Source: Lentisphaeria bacterium (GTDB taxonomy: Bacteria > Verrucomicrobiota > Lentisphaeria > JABSQK01 > JAWLHB01). From it: DNA of 64,000 nucleotides. Made by a program: the position numbers and the translations under genes. The stretch covers positions 62,001 through 126,000 of the forward strand of contig JAWLHB010000007.1 of assembly GCA_041690595.1 (NCBI GenBank), written 5' to 3'. The first letter of the stretch is position 1. Every line of letters starts with the position of its first letter. This document shows positions 9,737-18,723 of the stretch, piece after piece. Below the pieces are notes generated by a model. The model was not told the DNA's origin, searched no databases, and was given only the letters and a program-made list of their open reading frames with translations.

Positions 9737-9834
9737 CCCCCGCCCGCAAAGCGCAGGAGAGCTATGTTGCTTTCCTCTCCTTTCATCAGAAGCACATCTC
9801 CGTGCCTTGGCCGCGATTCCCCGAGTCTGCATGA
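9694..9834 (+). pseudogene. Truncated N-terminus of an AbiEii-like nucleotidyltransferase
   Basis: MAVTEFQRRICRLLA...ESYVA resembles the start of such proteins (recalled pattern ..YVAGG.AL) but diverges exactly where the GG motif should be and stops at 46 aa. Confidence 0.5.
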
Positions 9835-9916
9835 CGGCGTGTAAAGGCTGATGACGGTAGCGGGGGAGCGTGCTATAGTAAGGCTTTTCATCTTACGCAG
9901 AGCAAGGAGCAGGACG

Positions 9917-10372
9917 ATGATCATTGCCGATCTGGAGAAGATTGCGGGGCGAACCTATCCGGCACGGCGCCGGACGCAGGGAATGGTGGGAGCCGGCCAG
10001 GCGATCGAGGCCGCCGGTTTCTGCATGGGGCACGTGACGCTCGAACCGAAGGGCGGTCAGGTGCCATGGCACAATCAGGATTCCGAAGAGATCTACTTCG
10101 TCATCGAAGGGGAGGGCGAGATGTGCCTGGGCGAGGAACGGCGGAGCCTCTCGACTGGGCAGATGGTCTACATTCCCCCCACCGTTTTTCATCAACTGAC
10201 CAATGTCGGCGATACGCCGTTGCGCTTCATGTACTGCTATGCACCCGCGGGCGATGTGGCTCACTGGCGGCAGGAACTGGCCGGAACCCTGCCCAAGGCG
10301 GGAGTCGATGCACCGCCGCTGCCGCCCGGCGCCTGGCCCCAATGCACCGAGAAACCTGAAGCCACCCAGTAG
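9917..10372 (+). CDS. Cupin domain protein
   Basis: Cupin motifs PWHNQDSEEIYFVIEGEG and GQMVYIPPTVFHQLTN; AAGGAG/AGGA upstream of ATG 9917. Confidence 0.9.
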   Translation: MIIADLEKIAGRTYPARRRTQGMVGAGQAIEAAGFCMGHVTLEPKGGQVPWHNQDSEEIYFVIEGEGEMCLGEERRSLSTGQMVYIPPTVFHQLTNVGDTPLRFMYCYAPAGDVAHWRQELAGTLPKAGVDAPPLPPGAWPQCTEKPEATQ

Positions 10373-10394
10373 CACCACCAGAAGGAAACTAGCC

Positions 10395-11555
10395 ATGGCA
10401 GCACTCAGGACCCACAAGCTGGGAATCATCATGAACGGCGTCACCGGCCGCATGGGGACCAATCAGCACCTCATGCGTTCCATCGTCGAGATCATCCGGC
10501 AAGGCGGCATCAAGGTCAGCGACGAAGAGGTGATCATGCCCGATCCCATCCTCGTCGGCCGCAACGAAAACAAGCTCAAGGCACTCGCCTCCAGGAGCGG
10601 GATCGGCAGCTATACGACCGATCTGGATGAGGTCCTTTCAGACGAGTCCTACACCATCTACTTCGACGCCCAAACGACGAATCGGCGGGTGGAAGCGGTC
10701 AAGGCCGCCATCGCCGCGGGCAAGCACATCTACTGCGAGAAGCCGACGGCGGAGACGACGGAAGAGGCTTACGAGCTGTACAACCTCGCCCGTCAGGCCG
10801 GGGTGAAACAGGGCGTCGTGCAGGACAAGCTGTGGCTGCCCGGTCTGCTGAAGGTGAAGCGGCTCATCGACAGCGGCTTCTTCGGCCGCATCCTGTCAGT
10901 GCGCGGCGAATTCGGCTACTGGGTCTTCGAGGGTGATATCGTGCCCGCCCAGCGACCGAGCTGGAACTACCGGAGCGAGGATGGCGGCGGCATCATCGTC
11001 GACATGCTCTGCCATTGGCGATACGTGCTGGACAACCTCTTCGGCAAGGTGAAGTCGGTCTCCTGCCTTGGCGCCACCCATATCCCCACACGCTGGGACG
11101 AGCGGGGCACGGCCTACGATGCCACCGCCGACGATTCGGCCTACGCCACCTTCGAGCTGGACAGCGGCGTCATCGCCCACTTCAACTCCTCCTGGTGCGT
11201 CCGTGTCCGGCGCGACGATCTGTTGACACTGCAGATCGACGGTACCCGCGGCTCGGCCGTGGCGGGGCTGCGCGAATGCCGGGTGCAGACTTACGGCGCC
11301 ACGCCGAAGCCAGTCTGGAATCCGGATATACAGCAGCCGATCGACTTCCATGAAGGCTGGCAGCTCATGCCGGATGTCGTGCCCTGCGAGAATGCCTTCA
11401 AGGTGCAGTGGGAGCTTTTCCTGCGGCATGTGGCGCTGGGCGAACCCTTCCGCTGGGATCTGCGCGAGGCGGCCAAGGGGGTACAACTGGCCGAGAAGGG
11501 CATCGAGTCCTGGCGGAAGCGTTACTGGGTCGATATTCCCGACCTGCCCGAATAA
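10395..11555 (+). CDS. Gfo/Idh/MocA family oxidoreductase
   Basis: NGVTGRMG, GKHIYCEKP, GGGIIVDMLCHWRY; GAAGGA RBS before ATG 10395. Confidence 0.92.
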   Translation: MAALRTHKLGIIMNGVTGRMGTNQHLMRSIVEIIRQGGIKVSDEEVIMPDPILVGRNENKLKALASRSGIGSYTTDLDEVLSDESYTIYFDAQTTNRRVEAVKAAIAAGKHIYCEKPTAETTEEAYELYNLARQAGVKQGVVQDKLWLPGLLKVKRLIDSGFFGRILSVRGEFGYWVFEGDIVPAQRPSWNYRSEDGGGIIVDMLCHWRYVLDNLFGKVKSVSCLGATHIPTRWDERGTAYDATADDSAYATFELDSGVIAHFNSSWCVRVRRDDLLTLQIDGTRGSAVAGLRECRVQTYGATPKPVWNPDIQQPIDFHEGWQLMPDVVPCENAFKVQWELFLRHVALGEPFRWDLREAAKGVQLAEKGIESWRKRYWVDIPDLPE

Positions 11556-11746
11556 GCTCGAGTCACCTTGGCATTGCCGGTTGTGCGATGGAAGGTGAGA
11601 GGGTAGGGTATGGCAGCTTTCCATTCTTTCCCTTCCACGCACAACAGGTGAACGGACGTGAGCGACATCGTCGGGCACCCGGCCGTCTGGAGAATCCGGT
11701 GCCGGCGGTGCGCCGACAGATGGCTTGAACCAGGAGAGGGCTTATC

Positions 11747-12556
11747 ATGAATCTGACCGATTCCCTGCGAAGTGAATGTATCCAGATCGGTTCCCCCGTG
11801 CGGAACAAGGACGGGGTGCTGCGGCAGATCGCCAACCTGGCGATCAAGTCGCCGATCTTGTCCAACTATCGCGAGGAGCAGGTCTATCAGGCATTGAAGG
11901 AACGCGAGGAGATCGGATCGACCGCCTTTGGCAAGGGCATCGCCATCCCCCACTGCGGACTGGAACAGATCGACGAGTTCGTTGTCGGTCTGCTCTCCGT
12001 CCCCGAGGGGGTGGCGTTCGACAGCTATGACGAGGCGCCGACGCGACTGCTGACCTTTATCATCGGTCCGCTGAACAAGCGCAACGAGCATGTCAACCTG
12101 CTTTCCGCCATCTCCAAGATCCTCGACAACGAAGCTGCCGTCGACGAGCTGCTTTCAGCGCGGCGGCCGAACGTTCTGGAGGAGAGCTTTCTTCGCCATC
12201 ACGCCGGCCATATTCCCGGGGAAACACGGGAGAGGTGCCTATTCCAGGTTACCCTGCAGGATGAAGAGCTTTTCGATGATATCCTGCGGGTCTTCAGCAG
12301 CGCCGTGGAGGGAGACATCACCGTCCTCGAAGGCAACAATGCGGGCGCCTACCTCAACCGCCTGCCAATGTTTTCCGCCTTCTGGAGCCAGGAAAGCACC
12401 GGCTTCTGCCGGGTTATCGTGGCGGTTGTCGACAAGGCGATGTGCAATGACATGGTCCGCCGCATCAATCTGGAAGTCGACGATCTGGACAGCCGTTCCG
12501 GCATCCTGATCACCGTTCAGGAGCTGATGCTCGTCCGCGGCAGCCTGGATTTCTGA
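11747..12556 (+). CDS. PTS EIIA (Ntr/Fru-type) domain fused to a C-terminal PII-like domain
   Basis: ERE..GSTAFGKGIAIPH phospho-His motif, followed by an extra ~115-aa domain ending SGILITVQELMLVRGSL. Confidence 0.8.
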   Translation: MNLTDSLRSECIQIGSPVRNKDGVLRQIANLAIKSPILSNYREEQVYQALKEREEIGSTAFGKGIAIPHCGLEQIDEFVVGLLSVPEGVAFDSYDEAPTRLLTFIIGPLNKRNEHVNLLSAISKILDNEAAVDELLSARRPNVLEESFLRHHAGHIPGETRERCLFQVTLQDEELFDDILRVFSSAVEGDITVLEGNNAGAYLNRLPMFSAFWSQESTGFCRVIVAVVDKAMCNDMVRRINLEVDDLDSRSGILITVQELMLVRGSLDF

Positions 12557-12587
12557 TCCAGCCCACGCCATGTCGTTCGCGATGAGG

Positions 12588-13178
12588 TCAGGCGAAGGAG
12601 GCGTCCACTTCGAGCGCCTCGGCGAGGCGAGCCTCGTACTCGTCGCGGGAGATCTCGACAACGCCAAAGCGGGAAAGGTGCGAGGTGCGAAACTGCACGT
12701 CGAGCAAGGTGAAATTGCCCGCGCGCAGCCGCTCGACGAGGTGGTAGAGTGCCACCTTGGAGGCATCGCGAACGCGATGGAACATGGATTCGCCCATGAA
12801 GGCGCCGCCAATCGAGACGCCATAGAGGCCGCCCGCCAGAGTCCCATCCTGCCAGCATTCGACGCTGTGCGCGTAGCCCATGCGATGGAGCTCGGTATAG
12901 CGCTCGATAAGCTCATCGGAGATCCAGGTGCCTGGGCTCTCCACCCGGGGGACCGAGCAGGCGCGCATCACCTCGGTGAAGGCGCTGTCGAAGCGAACAG
13001 TGAAGCTCCCTTGCCGCACCACCCGCAGGAGAGACTTCGGGCAATGAAACGACTCAAGCGGCAGAATGGCGCGCGGATCGGGGGCATACCAGCTGATCTT
13101 GCCGCTCTCGTTGGATTCGGCCATGGGAAATATACCGTTGCGGTAAGCGAGCAGGAGAAGATCCGACGTTAGCTTCAC
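12588..13178 (-). CDS. aat: Leucyl/phenylalanyl-tRNA--protein transferase
   Basis: AYRNGIFPM, W..PDPR, TWI, AHSVECW, GGLYGV, GESMF, DASKVAL, LLDVQ..T.HL. Confidence 0.96.
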   Translation of the reverse strand: MKLTSDLLLLAYRNGIFPMAESNESGKISWYAPDPRAILPLESFHCPKSLLRVVRQGSFTVRFDSAFTEVMRACSVPRVESPGTWISDELIERYTELHRMGYAHSVECWQDGTLAGGLYGVSIGGAFMGESMFHRVRDASKVALYHLVERLRAGNFTLLDVQFRTSHLSRFGVVEISRDEYEARLAEALEVDASFA

Positions 13179-13308
13179 AATGGTCGAAATGGCCTTTCGA
13201 TGGCTTTTTGTTGCGGTAGTTGTTGTGACGATGCATTGCAGGAGTTACATTGGCCCACGATATCGAAAGATCATAGTGTAATACACAAATGGCGAGAGCA
13301 CAATCGTA

Positions 13309-14070
13309 ATGGGTGGCAAGGTTCGTTGCTTCATTCCCTGCCTGGTGGATCAGGTGATGCCGGAGATCGGCTTCGCGATGATACGCATACTCCGCCACCT
13401 CGGTTACAGCGTGGAGTACGATCCCGCGCAGACCTGCTGTGGTCAGCCGGGCTTCAATGCCGGCCACTGGAAAGAGAGTCGTCAGGTCGCCTGCCACTGC
13501 CTGGACGTCTTCAACAGCGGCGATGGACCGATCGTCTCGCCATCCGGCTCCTGCACCTCGATGATGCGCCACCACTACCGGGAGCTTTTCGAGGGCCATC
13601 CGCGGGCATCGGATGCGGCGCGAGTGGGGGGCCAGGTCGTTGAGTTTGCCGAGTTCATCCAGCGGGAAGGGCGGCTGGATGACCTGCGCGGGCACTACGC
13701 TGGCACTGTCGGCGTACACAAATCCTGCCACGCCTATCGCGAGCTTGGGCTGCGGGAGTTGCCGATGGCCCTGCTGCGGGGGATCGACGGCTGCGAGCTG
13801 GTTGAGCCGGAGGGGGAGCCCGTCTGCTGCGGATTTGGCGGGACGTTCTTTGTGAAGTTCCCGCCGATCGCTCAATCGATGGGACGTTCCCGGCTGCTCT
13901 CGTTCACCGCGCTGCAGGCCAGTGTGCTGGTGGTGAACGACCCGGGCTGCGTCATGCAGCTGCGCCAGGCGGCACAGCGGGAAGAACTGCCCGTGAAGGT
14001 CTTACACACGCTGGAGTTTCTCGACCTGGCCATGTTTCCCCGGGAGGCCGTGAGTGAGCCGCAACGCTGA
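13309..14070 (+). CDS. lutA: L-lactate utilization protein A (CCG-domain Fe-S protein)
   Basis: PCLVD, QTCCGQP..N.G, PSGSC, HKSCH, CCGFGGTF, DPGC. Confidence 0.92.
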   Translation: MGGKVRCFIPCLVDQVMPEIGFAMIRILRHLGYSVEYDPAQTCCGQPGFNAGHWKESRQVACHCLDVFNSGDGPIVSPSGSCTSMMRHHYRELFEGHPRASDAARVGGQVVEFAEFIQREGRLDDLRGHYAGTVGVHKSCHAYRELGLRELPMALLRGIDGCELVEPEGEPVCCGFGGTFFVKFPPIAQSMGRSRLLSFTALQASVLVVNDPGCVMQLRQAAQREELPVKVLHTLEFLDLAMFPREAVSEPQR

Positions 14071-15445
14071 ATTTCTGCGACAATCCGCGGTGATCGCCGT
14101 GGACGAAGTGCACCGCGGCAAGCTGGACAAGGCGATGCGCAACTACCGTGTCGCGGTCAATCGCATGGTCGATCAGCAGTTCACCGACTGGGAGGCCTTG
14201 CGGCAACAGGCAGCCGCGGTCAAGGATCATGTCCTCGGTCACTGGCCGGAGATGCTGGAGCAGTTCGAGCAGAAGATCACCGAACGGGGCGCCATTGTCC
14301 TCTGGGCGGAAGATGCCGAAGAGGCGCGCGAGCACATCAAACGGATCATGAGCCGGCACGAGGCGCGGCTGGTCGTGAAATCCAAGTCGATGGTGACGGA
14401 AGAGATCGAGCTGAACGAACTGCTGGAGAGCAGCGGGATTCAGGTGATCGAAAGCGATCTGGGGGAGCTGATTGTGCAACTGTGCGGCGAGAAGCCCTAT
14501 CACATCGTGACGCCCGCCATGCACAAGAGCAAGGAAGAGATTTCGGTACTTTTTCAGCAGAAGCTGGGCACGCCCCCAACCGACGATGCCGCCGAGCTGA
14601 CCATGGCCGCGCGCGCCCACCTGCGCCAAGTCTACGTGACGGCGGACGTGGGGATCACCGGCGCCAATTTCCTGCTGGCCGACGAAGGGGCAATCGCGGT
14701 GACGGAGAATGAGGGCAACGCCCGCCTCACCATGGGATGTCCCAAGGTGCATGTGGTCGTGGCGGGCATGGAGAAGATGCTGCCGCGCATGGCCGACCTT
14801 GCCCTTTTCTGGCCCATCCTGGCGAGCAGCGGCACCGGCCAGCAGCTGACCTCCTACAACTCGATCGTGCGTGGGCCGCGGCAGGCGAACGAGAGCGACG
14901 GGCCGGAGACCATGTATGTCATCTTGCTGGACAATGGCCGCAGCCACATGTACTCGGATCCACGCGCCAGCGAAGCGTTGCGATGCATTCGCTGCGGCGC
15001 CTGCCTCAACGCCTGCCCAGTCTTCAAGACGGTGGGTGGCCATACCTACAAGACCACGTACCAGGGGCCGATCGGCTCGGTGATAACGCCACACCTGCGC
15101 AACATGAAGGACTGGCAGCATCTCTCGCATGCGAGCACCCTTTGCGGCGCGTGCACGAGTGTCTGTCCGGTGGCTATCGATCTTCACGGCTTGCTGCTGG
15201 AGAACCGTCGTCAGGCGACCCAGGAACAGGCAGACGATGCCTTCTGGCGGTTTGCCATGCGCGGCTGGTCGTTTGGCATGCGGTGCCGCTGGCGCATGGA
15301 ATGGGGGCGGCGACTCTATCGCTGGCTGGGCTGGCTGATGCCCATCCCCCAGGCCATTCGACGATCCGTGCCACGGCTGCCGGCCAAGTCTTTTGCCGAA
15401 CAATGGCGGAGCAAGGAAAAGTCTTCATCGGGAGATACCCCATGA
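14054..15445 (+). CDS. lutB: L-lactate utilization protein B (LUD domain plus ferredoxin)
   Basis: VKSKSMVTEE, E.DLGE, PYHIVTPAMHK, ENEGN, CIRCGACLNACPV, STLCGACTSVCPV. Confidence 0.94.
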   Translation: MSRNAEFLRQSAVIAVDEVHRGKLDKAMRNYRVAVNRMVDQQFTDWEALRQQAAAVKDHVLGHWPEMLEQFEQKITERGAIVLWAEDAEEAREHIKRIMSRHEARLVVKSKSMVTEEIELNELLESSGIQVIESDLGELIVQLCGEKPYHIVTPAMHKSKEEISVLFQQKLGTPPTDDAAELTMAARAHLRQVYVTADVGITGANFLLADEGAIAVTENEGNARLTMGCPKVHVVVAGMEKMLPRMADLALFWPILASSGTGQQLTSYNSIVRGPRQANESDGPETMYVILLDNGRSHMYSDPRASEALRCIRCGACLNACPVFKTVGGHTYKTTYQGPIGSVITPHLRNMKDWQHLSHASTLCGACTSVCPVAIDLHGLLLENRRQATQEQADDAFWRFAMRGWSFGMRCRWRMEWGRRLYRWLGWLMPIPQAIRRSVPRLPAKSFAEQWRSKEKSSSGDTP

Positions 15446-16104
15446 GTACGTCCCGGGAACGTATTCTTTCACGCCTTCGCCAGGCGCAGCCGGCTGTGCA
15501 CCCGCCACTGCCGCCCCTGCATCGGGACGATGTCTTTGCCGATCTGCCGCCGCGCGAATCGTGGTGCGAAGCCTTCTGCACCCGCTTGCGGGCACTGCAC
15601 GGTGAGGTCTTTCGAGTTGCCGACGAAGCGGCGGCAGCGACCTGCCTGGCGGCGTTAGTGGATCCTCTCAATTCCTGCCTGCGGCAACGCCATCCCTTGA
15701 TTGACCGACTCGTCGCCGCGGGCAGTATTGCCGAGATGAAGAGCTGTCGGATTTACGAAGATTTACTGCCTGGTTCCGTCGAGATGGCGGATTTTGAAGC
15801 GGGGATTACGGTTGCGGACTGGCTGATCGCGCGAACCGGCAGTATAGTAGTGCGCGCGACGGGAGCAGGAGGGCGCCGCATGTCGGTGCTGCCGCCGTTG
15901 CATATCGTAGTGGCGACCGAGGCGCAAGTGGTGGGGTCGCTGGAGGAGGCGTTGGCGCAGTTGCGTGAAGAGGGTGAACCATGGAGCATGGCTTCCGTGA
16001 TTACCGGTCCCTCGCGAACAGCCGATATCGAAAAGATTCTCGTTCTGGGCGCGCATGGACCAAAGCGGCTGGCGGTGATTCTGCTGCCGGCATCAACAGA
16101 ATGA
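15442..16104 (+). CDS. lutC: L-lactate utilization protein C (LUD domain)
   Basis: IARTGS, S.LPPLH, ITGPSRTADIEKILVLGAHGP; start ATG 15442 overlaps the lutB stop. Confidence 0.93.
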   Translation: MSTSRERILSRLRQAQPAVHPPLPPLHRDDVFADLPPRESWCEAFCTRLRALHGEVFRVADEAAAATCLAALVDPLNSCLRQRHPLIDRLVAAGSIAEMKSCRIYEDLLPGSVEMADFEAGITVADWLIARTGSIVVRATGAGGRRMSVLPPLHIVVATEAQVVGSLEEALAQLREEGEPWSMASVITGPSRTADIEKILVLGAHGPKRLAVILLPASTE

Positions 16105-16123
16105 ATGTGGTTGGAGGACTCAT

Positions 16124-17068
16124 ATGATGCGGACTTGGCATATTGGACATCGCCTGATGCTTGTTACTGCCGTGCTCACCGGGGCACTGAGCGGTTGCGG
16201 CAAGGTTAAGCAGATGGTAACCGGAGAAAAGCCGGCGGAAGAGGTTGTCTCTCCCTATACTCCTGATGAACAGGCAAAGATTGACGAACTGCGAGCTGTT
16301 GCCGCTGAGCGCTTTGCGATTGTGAAACAGGCCGCGCCCCAGTACAATCGCGTCCTTGGCGCACAGAAGCTGATCATGGAGCGACTCAATCTCGACTTGC
16401 AGAAGCTCTTCCCGGATGGCTACAGCCCCGACAAGATCGGTACGATCGCTCAGGCCAAGAGCGAGGCGGCCCGGCGCGCTGCCGAGGCGGCTAACCTGAA
16501 GTTCAGCGCCGAAATGCAGGCGGAGAGCGAGCGGCTGGCCATTCAGGAGCATCCTCACTTCAAGGTGGGCGACCCTATCCGCATGGTCACGGTGCGCGGA
16601 CGAATCCTCGAGGGTATCATCGAGAACATGACACCCGATACCGTAACCATAGCGAAAACGTCCCTCCTGAAGAAAGACTCTCAAACGCCACCCCCTTCTT
16701 CCTTTGAACTCGACCAGGTGAAGCTGCTCCGCGAGCACTATGTAAAGCTCAACTACACCCTGCCCAAGCGCAATTTCACGATTGCAAAGGCCAAGGAACT
16801 GCTCCCTGGCGTGCTCAACGAGTTTGGCTTTGTGCTTGCGGATAACAGCTGGATGCGGCTTGATGAGTATACAGAGAAGTACCTGAAACGGGATCTGGAT
16901 GAGATGGAAGCCGATTACAACCGCAAGCAGAATGAGCGAATCGCCTTTGAGGTGACGGAAGAGATGCGGAAGCAGGGGTTGTTAACCGGCGAGGAGCCTC
17001 CACTCTTTGTGGATGGCCTGCCGTATACGCTGACCGCCGCCACGGCTGCCGTTACCGAAGAGCCTTGA
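16124..17068 (+). CDS. Hypothetical lipoprotein
   Basis: Signal peptide with lipobox LSG-C, GGAGG RBS, helical Lys/Glu-rich body. Confidence 0.7.
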   Translation: MMRTWHIGHRLMLVTAVLTGALSGCGKVKQMVTGEKPAEEVVSPYTPDEQAKIDELRAVAAERFAIVKQAAPQYNRVLGAQKLIMERLNLDLQKLFPDGYSPDKIGTIAQAKSEAARRAAEAANLKFSAEMQAESERLAIQEHPHFKVGDPIRMVTVRGRILEGIIENMTPDTVTIAKTSLLKKDSQTPPPSSFELDQVKLLREHYVKLNYTLPKRNFTIAKAKELLPGVLNEFGFVLADNSWMRLDEYTEKYLKRDLDEMEADYNRKQNERIAFEVTEEMRKQGLLTGEEPPLFVDGLPYTLTAATAAVTEEP

Positions 17069-17101
17069 CAACGTGAACGCGCGGATGGAAAAGGATCCTC
17101 C

Positions 17102-18667
17102 ATGAGTTGTTATCTGGGGCTGGATGCAAGCACACAAAGTCTGAGTGCCATCGTCATCGACACGGATTCGTCCTCGATCACCCTGAATGAGACGGTGAAT
17201 TTCGGGGCGGACCTGCCGGACTACCATTCGCCGCATGGATCTCTGCCCAATGATGATCCTTTGGTGAAGCAGAGCGATCCGCTGATGTGGGTGGAGGCGC
17301 TGGATCTCCTTCTCCAGCGATGCCGTTCGGCTGGATTCGATTGGCAGACGATCGACGGCGTGAGCGTCTCCGGGCAGCAGCACGGGTCCGTTTACCTGAA
17401 CGCGCGTTATGCCGACATCAACGCATGGGATCCGGGATGCCCGCTGAAAGGGCAGGTGCAGCCGCTCCTCAGCAGGGCGGTGGCACCGATCTGGATGGAC
17501 AGCTCGACCACCGTGGAATGTCGCGAAATAGCCGCGGCCGCGGGTGGGGACCAGGTGGTGACGCGGATCAGTGGCTCGCGTACCATCGAGCGCTTCACCG
17601 GGCCGCAGATCCGGCGATTCTACAAGCTCGATCCTGATGGCTATGGCAAGACGAGGCGCATTCACCTGGTCAGCTCCTTCATGACTTGGCTGCTACGCGG
17701 CAGCGACGTGCCGATTGACCATGGTGACGGAGCCGGCATGAACCTGCTCGATCTGGCGAGCGGCGAATGGAACGAGCGCTTGCTTGAGGCTACTGCTCCC
17801 AAGCTTCGCGACAAGTTGCCGCCTGCCGTCCCTTCCACCACGTGCGCAGGCTTCCTGGCTGATTACTTCGTGACGAAGTATGGCTTCAAGGAGAAGACGC
17901 CGCTCCTTGTCGGTTCGGGCGACAATCCGAACAGCCTGGTCGGCATGGGGGCCATTCAGCCGGGAACGGCGGTGATCAGCCTCGGAACCAGCGATACCTG
18001 CTTTGCCGCCATGAGCGAACCCCGAACCGATCCGAATGGCTATGGCCACGTCTTCGGCAATCCAGCCGGTGGATACATGTGCCTGATCGCCTTCAAGAAT
18101 GGTTCGCTGGCGCGTGAGGAAGTGCGCCAGGAGTTCGGCTTGAACTGGGAGCAGTTCGCTGCTGGGGTACTCCAACGGACCGAGCCGGGCAACCACGGCA
18201 ACTTCATGCTCTACTACTATGCGCCGGAAATCACCCCCCGCATTCTCGAGCCGGTCGTAGAACGCTTCGGCTCTCCCTCCTTCTGCCAGGGAAGCGACGC
18301 TGACGCCGCGGCGCGCGCCATTCTGGAATCACAGGCGATCTCGATGCAGCTTCATTCCCAGTGGATCGGGGAGACGCCCAAACGCATCCTGGTGACAGGG
18401 GGCGCTTCGCGCAATCCCGCCGTGCTGCAGGTGCTGGCGGATGTTTTTCAGGCGGATCTGGCACCGCTCGCGGTGAGCAACTCCGCCGGTCTTGGCGCTG
18501 CCATGCGGGCGGCCAACCAGATGGGCGGCCATGCATGGGAATCGCTCTTTGCCTGCTTCTCGCAGCCGGATGCCAGCCGTACAGCGCGGCCGCGCCGGGA
18601 GCTCGATGCGGTCTACCGCCCGCTGCGCGAGGCATTTGCGGAGAAGCAGCGCCGCTACATCGTCTGA
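17102..18667 (+). CDS. xylB: FGGY carbohydrate kinase, xylulokinase-like (eukaryote-type subfamily)
   Basis: LGLDASTQS, SGQQHGSVY, IWMDSST, ERFTGPQIRRF, LVSSF, GDNP, ISLGTSDT, KNGSLARE, TGGAS.N. Confidence 0.85.
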   Translation: MSCYLGLDASTQSLSAIVIDTDSSSITLNETVNFGADLPDYHSPHGSLPNDDPLVKQSDPLMWVEALDLLLQRCRSAGFDWQTIDGVSVSGQQHGSVYLNARYADINAWDPGCPLKGQVQPLLSRAVAPIWMDSSTTVECREIAAAAGGDQVVTRISGSRTIERFTGPQIRRFYKLDPDGYGKTRRIHLVSSFMTWLLRGSDVPIDHGDGAGMNLLDLASGEWNERLLEATAPKLRDKLPPAVPSTTCAGFLADYFVTKYGFKEKTPLLVGSGDNPNSLVGMGAIQPGTAVISLGTSDTCFAAMSEPRTDPNGYGHVFGNPAGGYMCLIAFKNGSLAREEVRQEFGLNWEQFAAGVLQRTEPGNHGNFMLYYYAPEITPRILEPVVERFGSPSFCQGSDADAAARAILESQAISMQLHSQWIGETPKRILVTGGASRNPAVLQVLADVFQADLAPLAVSNSAGLGAAMRAANQMGGHAWESLFACFSQPDASRTARPRRELDAVYRPLREAFAEKQRRYIV

Positions 18668-18723
18668 TTGGCGGGACACCCTCCGCTGTTTGCCTTTCCT
18701 CAGGATGACGCTTAGTTTCTGAT

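Noticed and set aside
14737..16104. Extended 455-aa LutC, or programmed frameshift fusion with LutB
   Set aside because: ATG 15442 with a GGAG RBS gives a normal-length LutC; the upstream extension is an off-frame overlap
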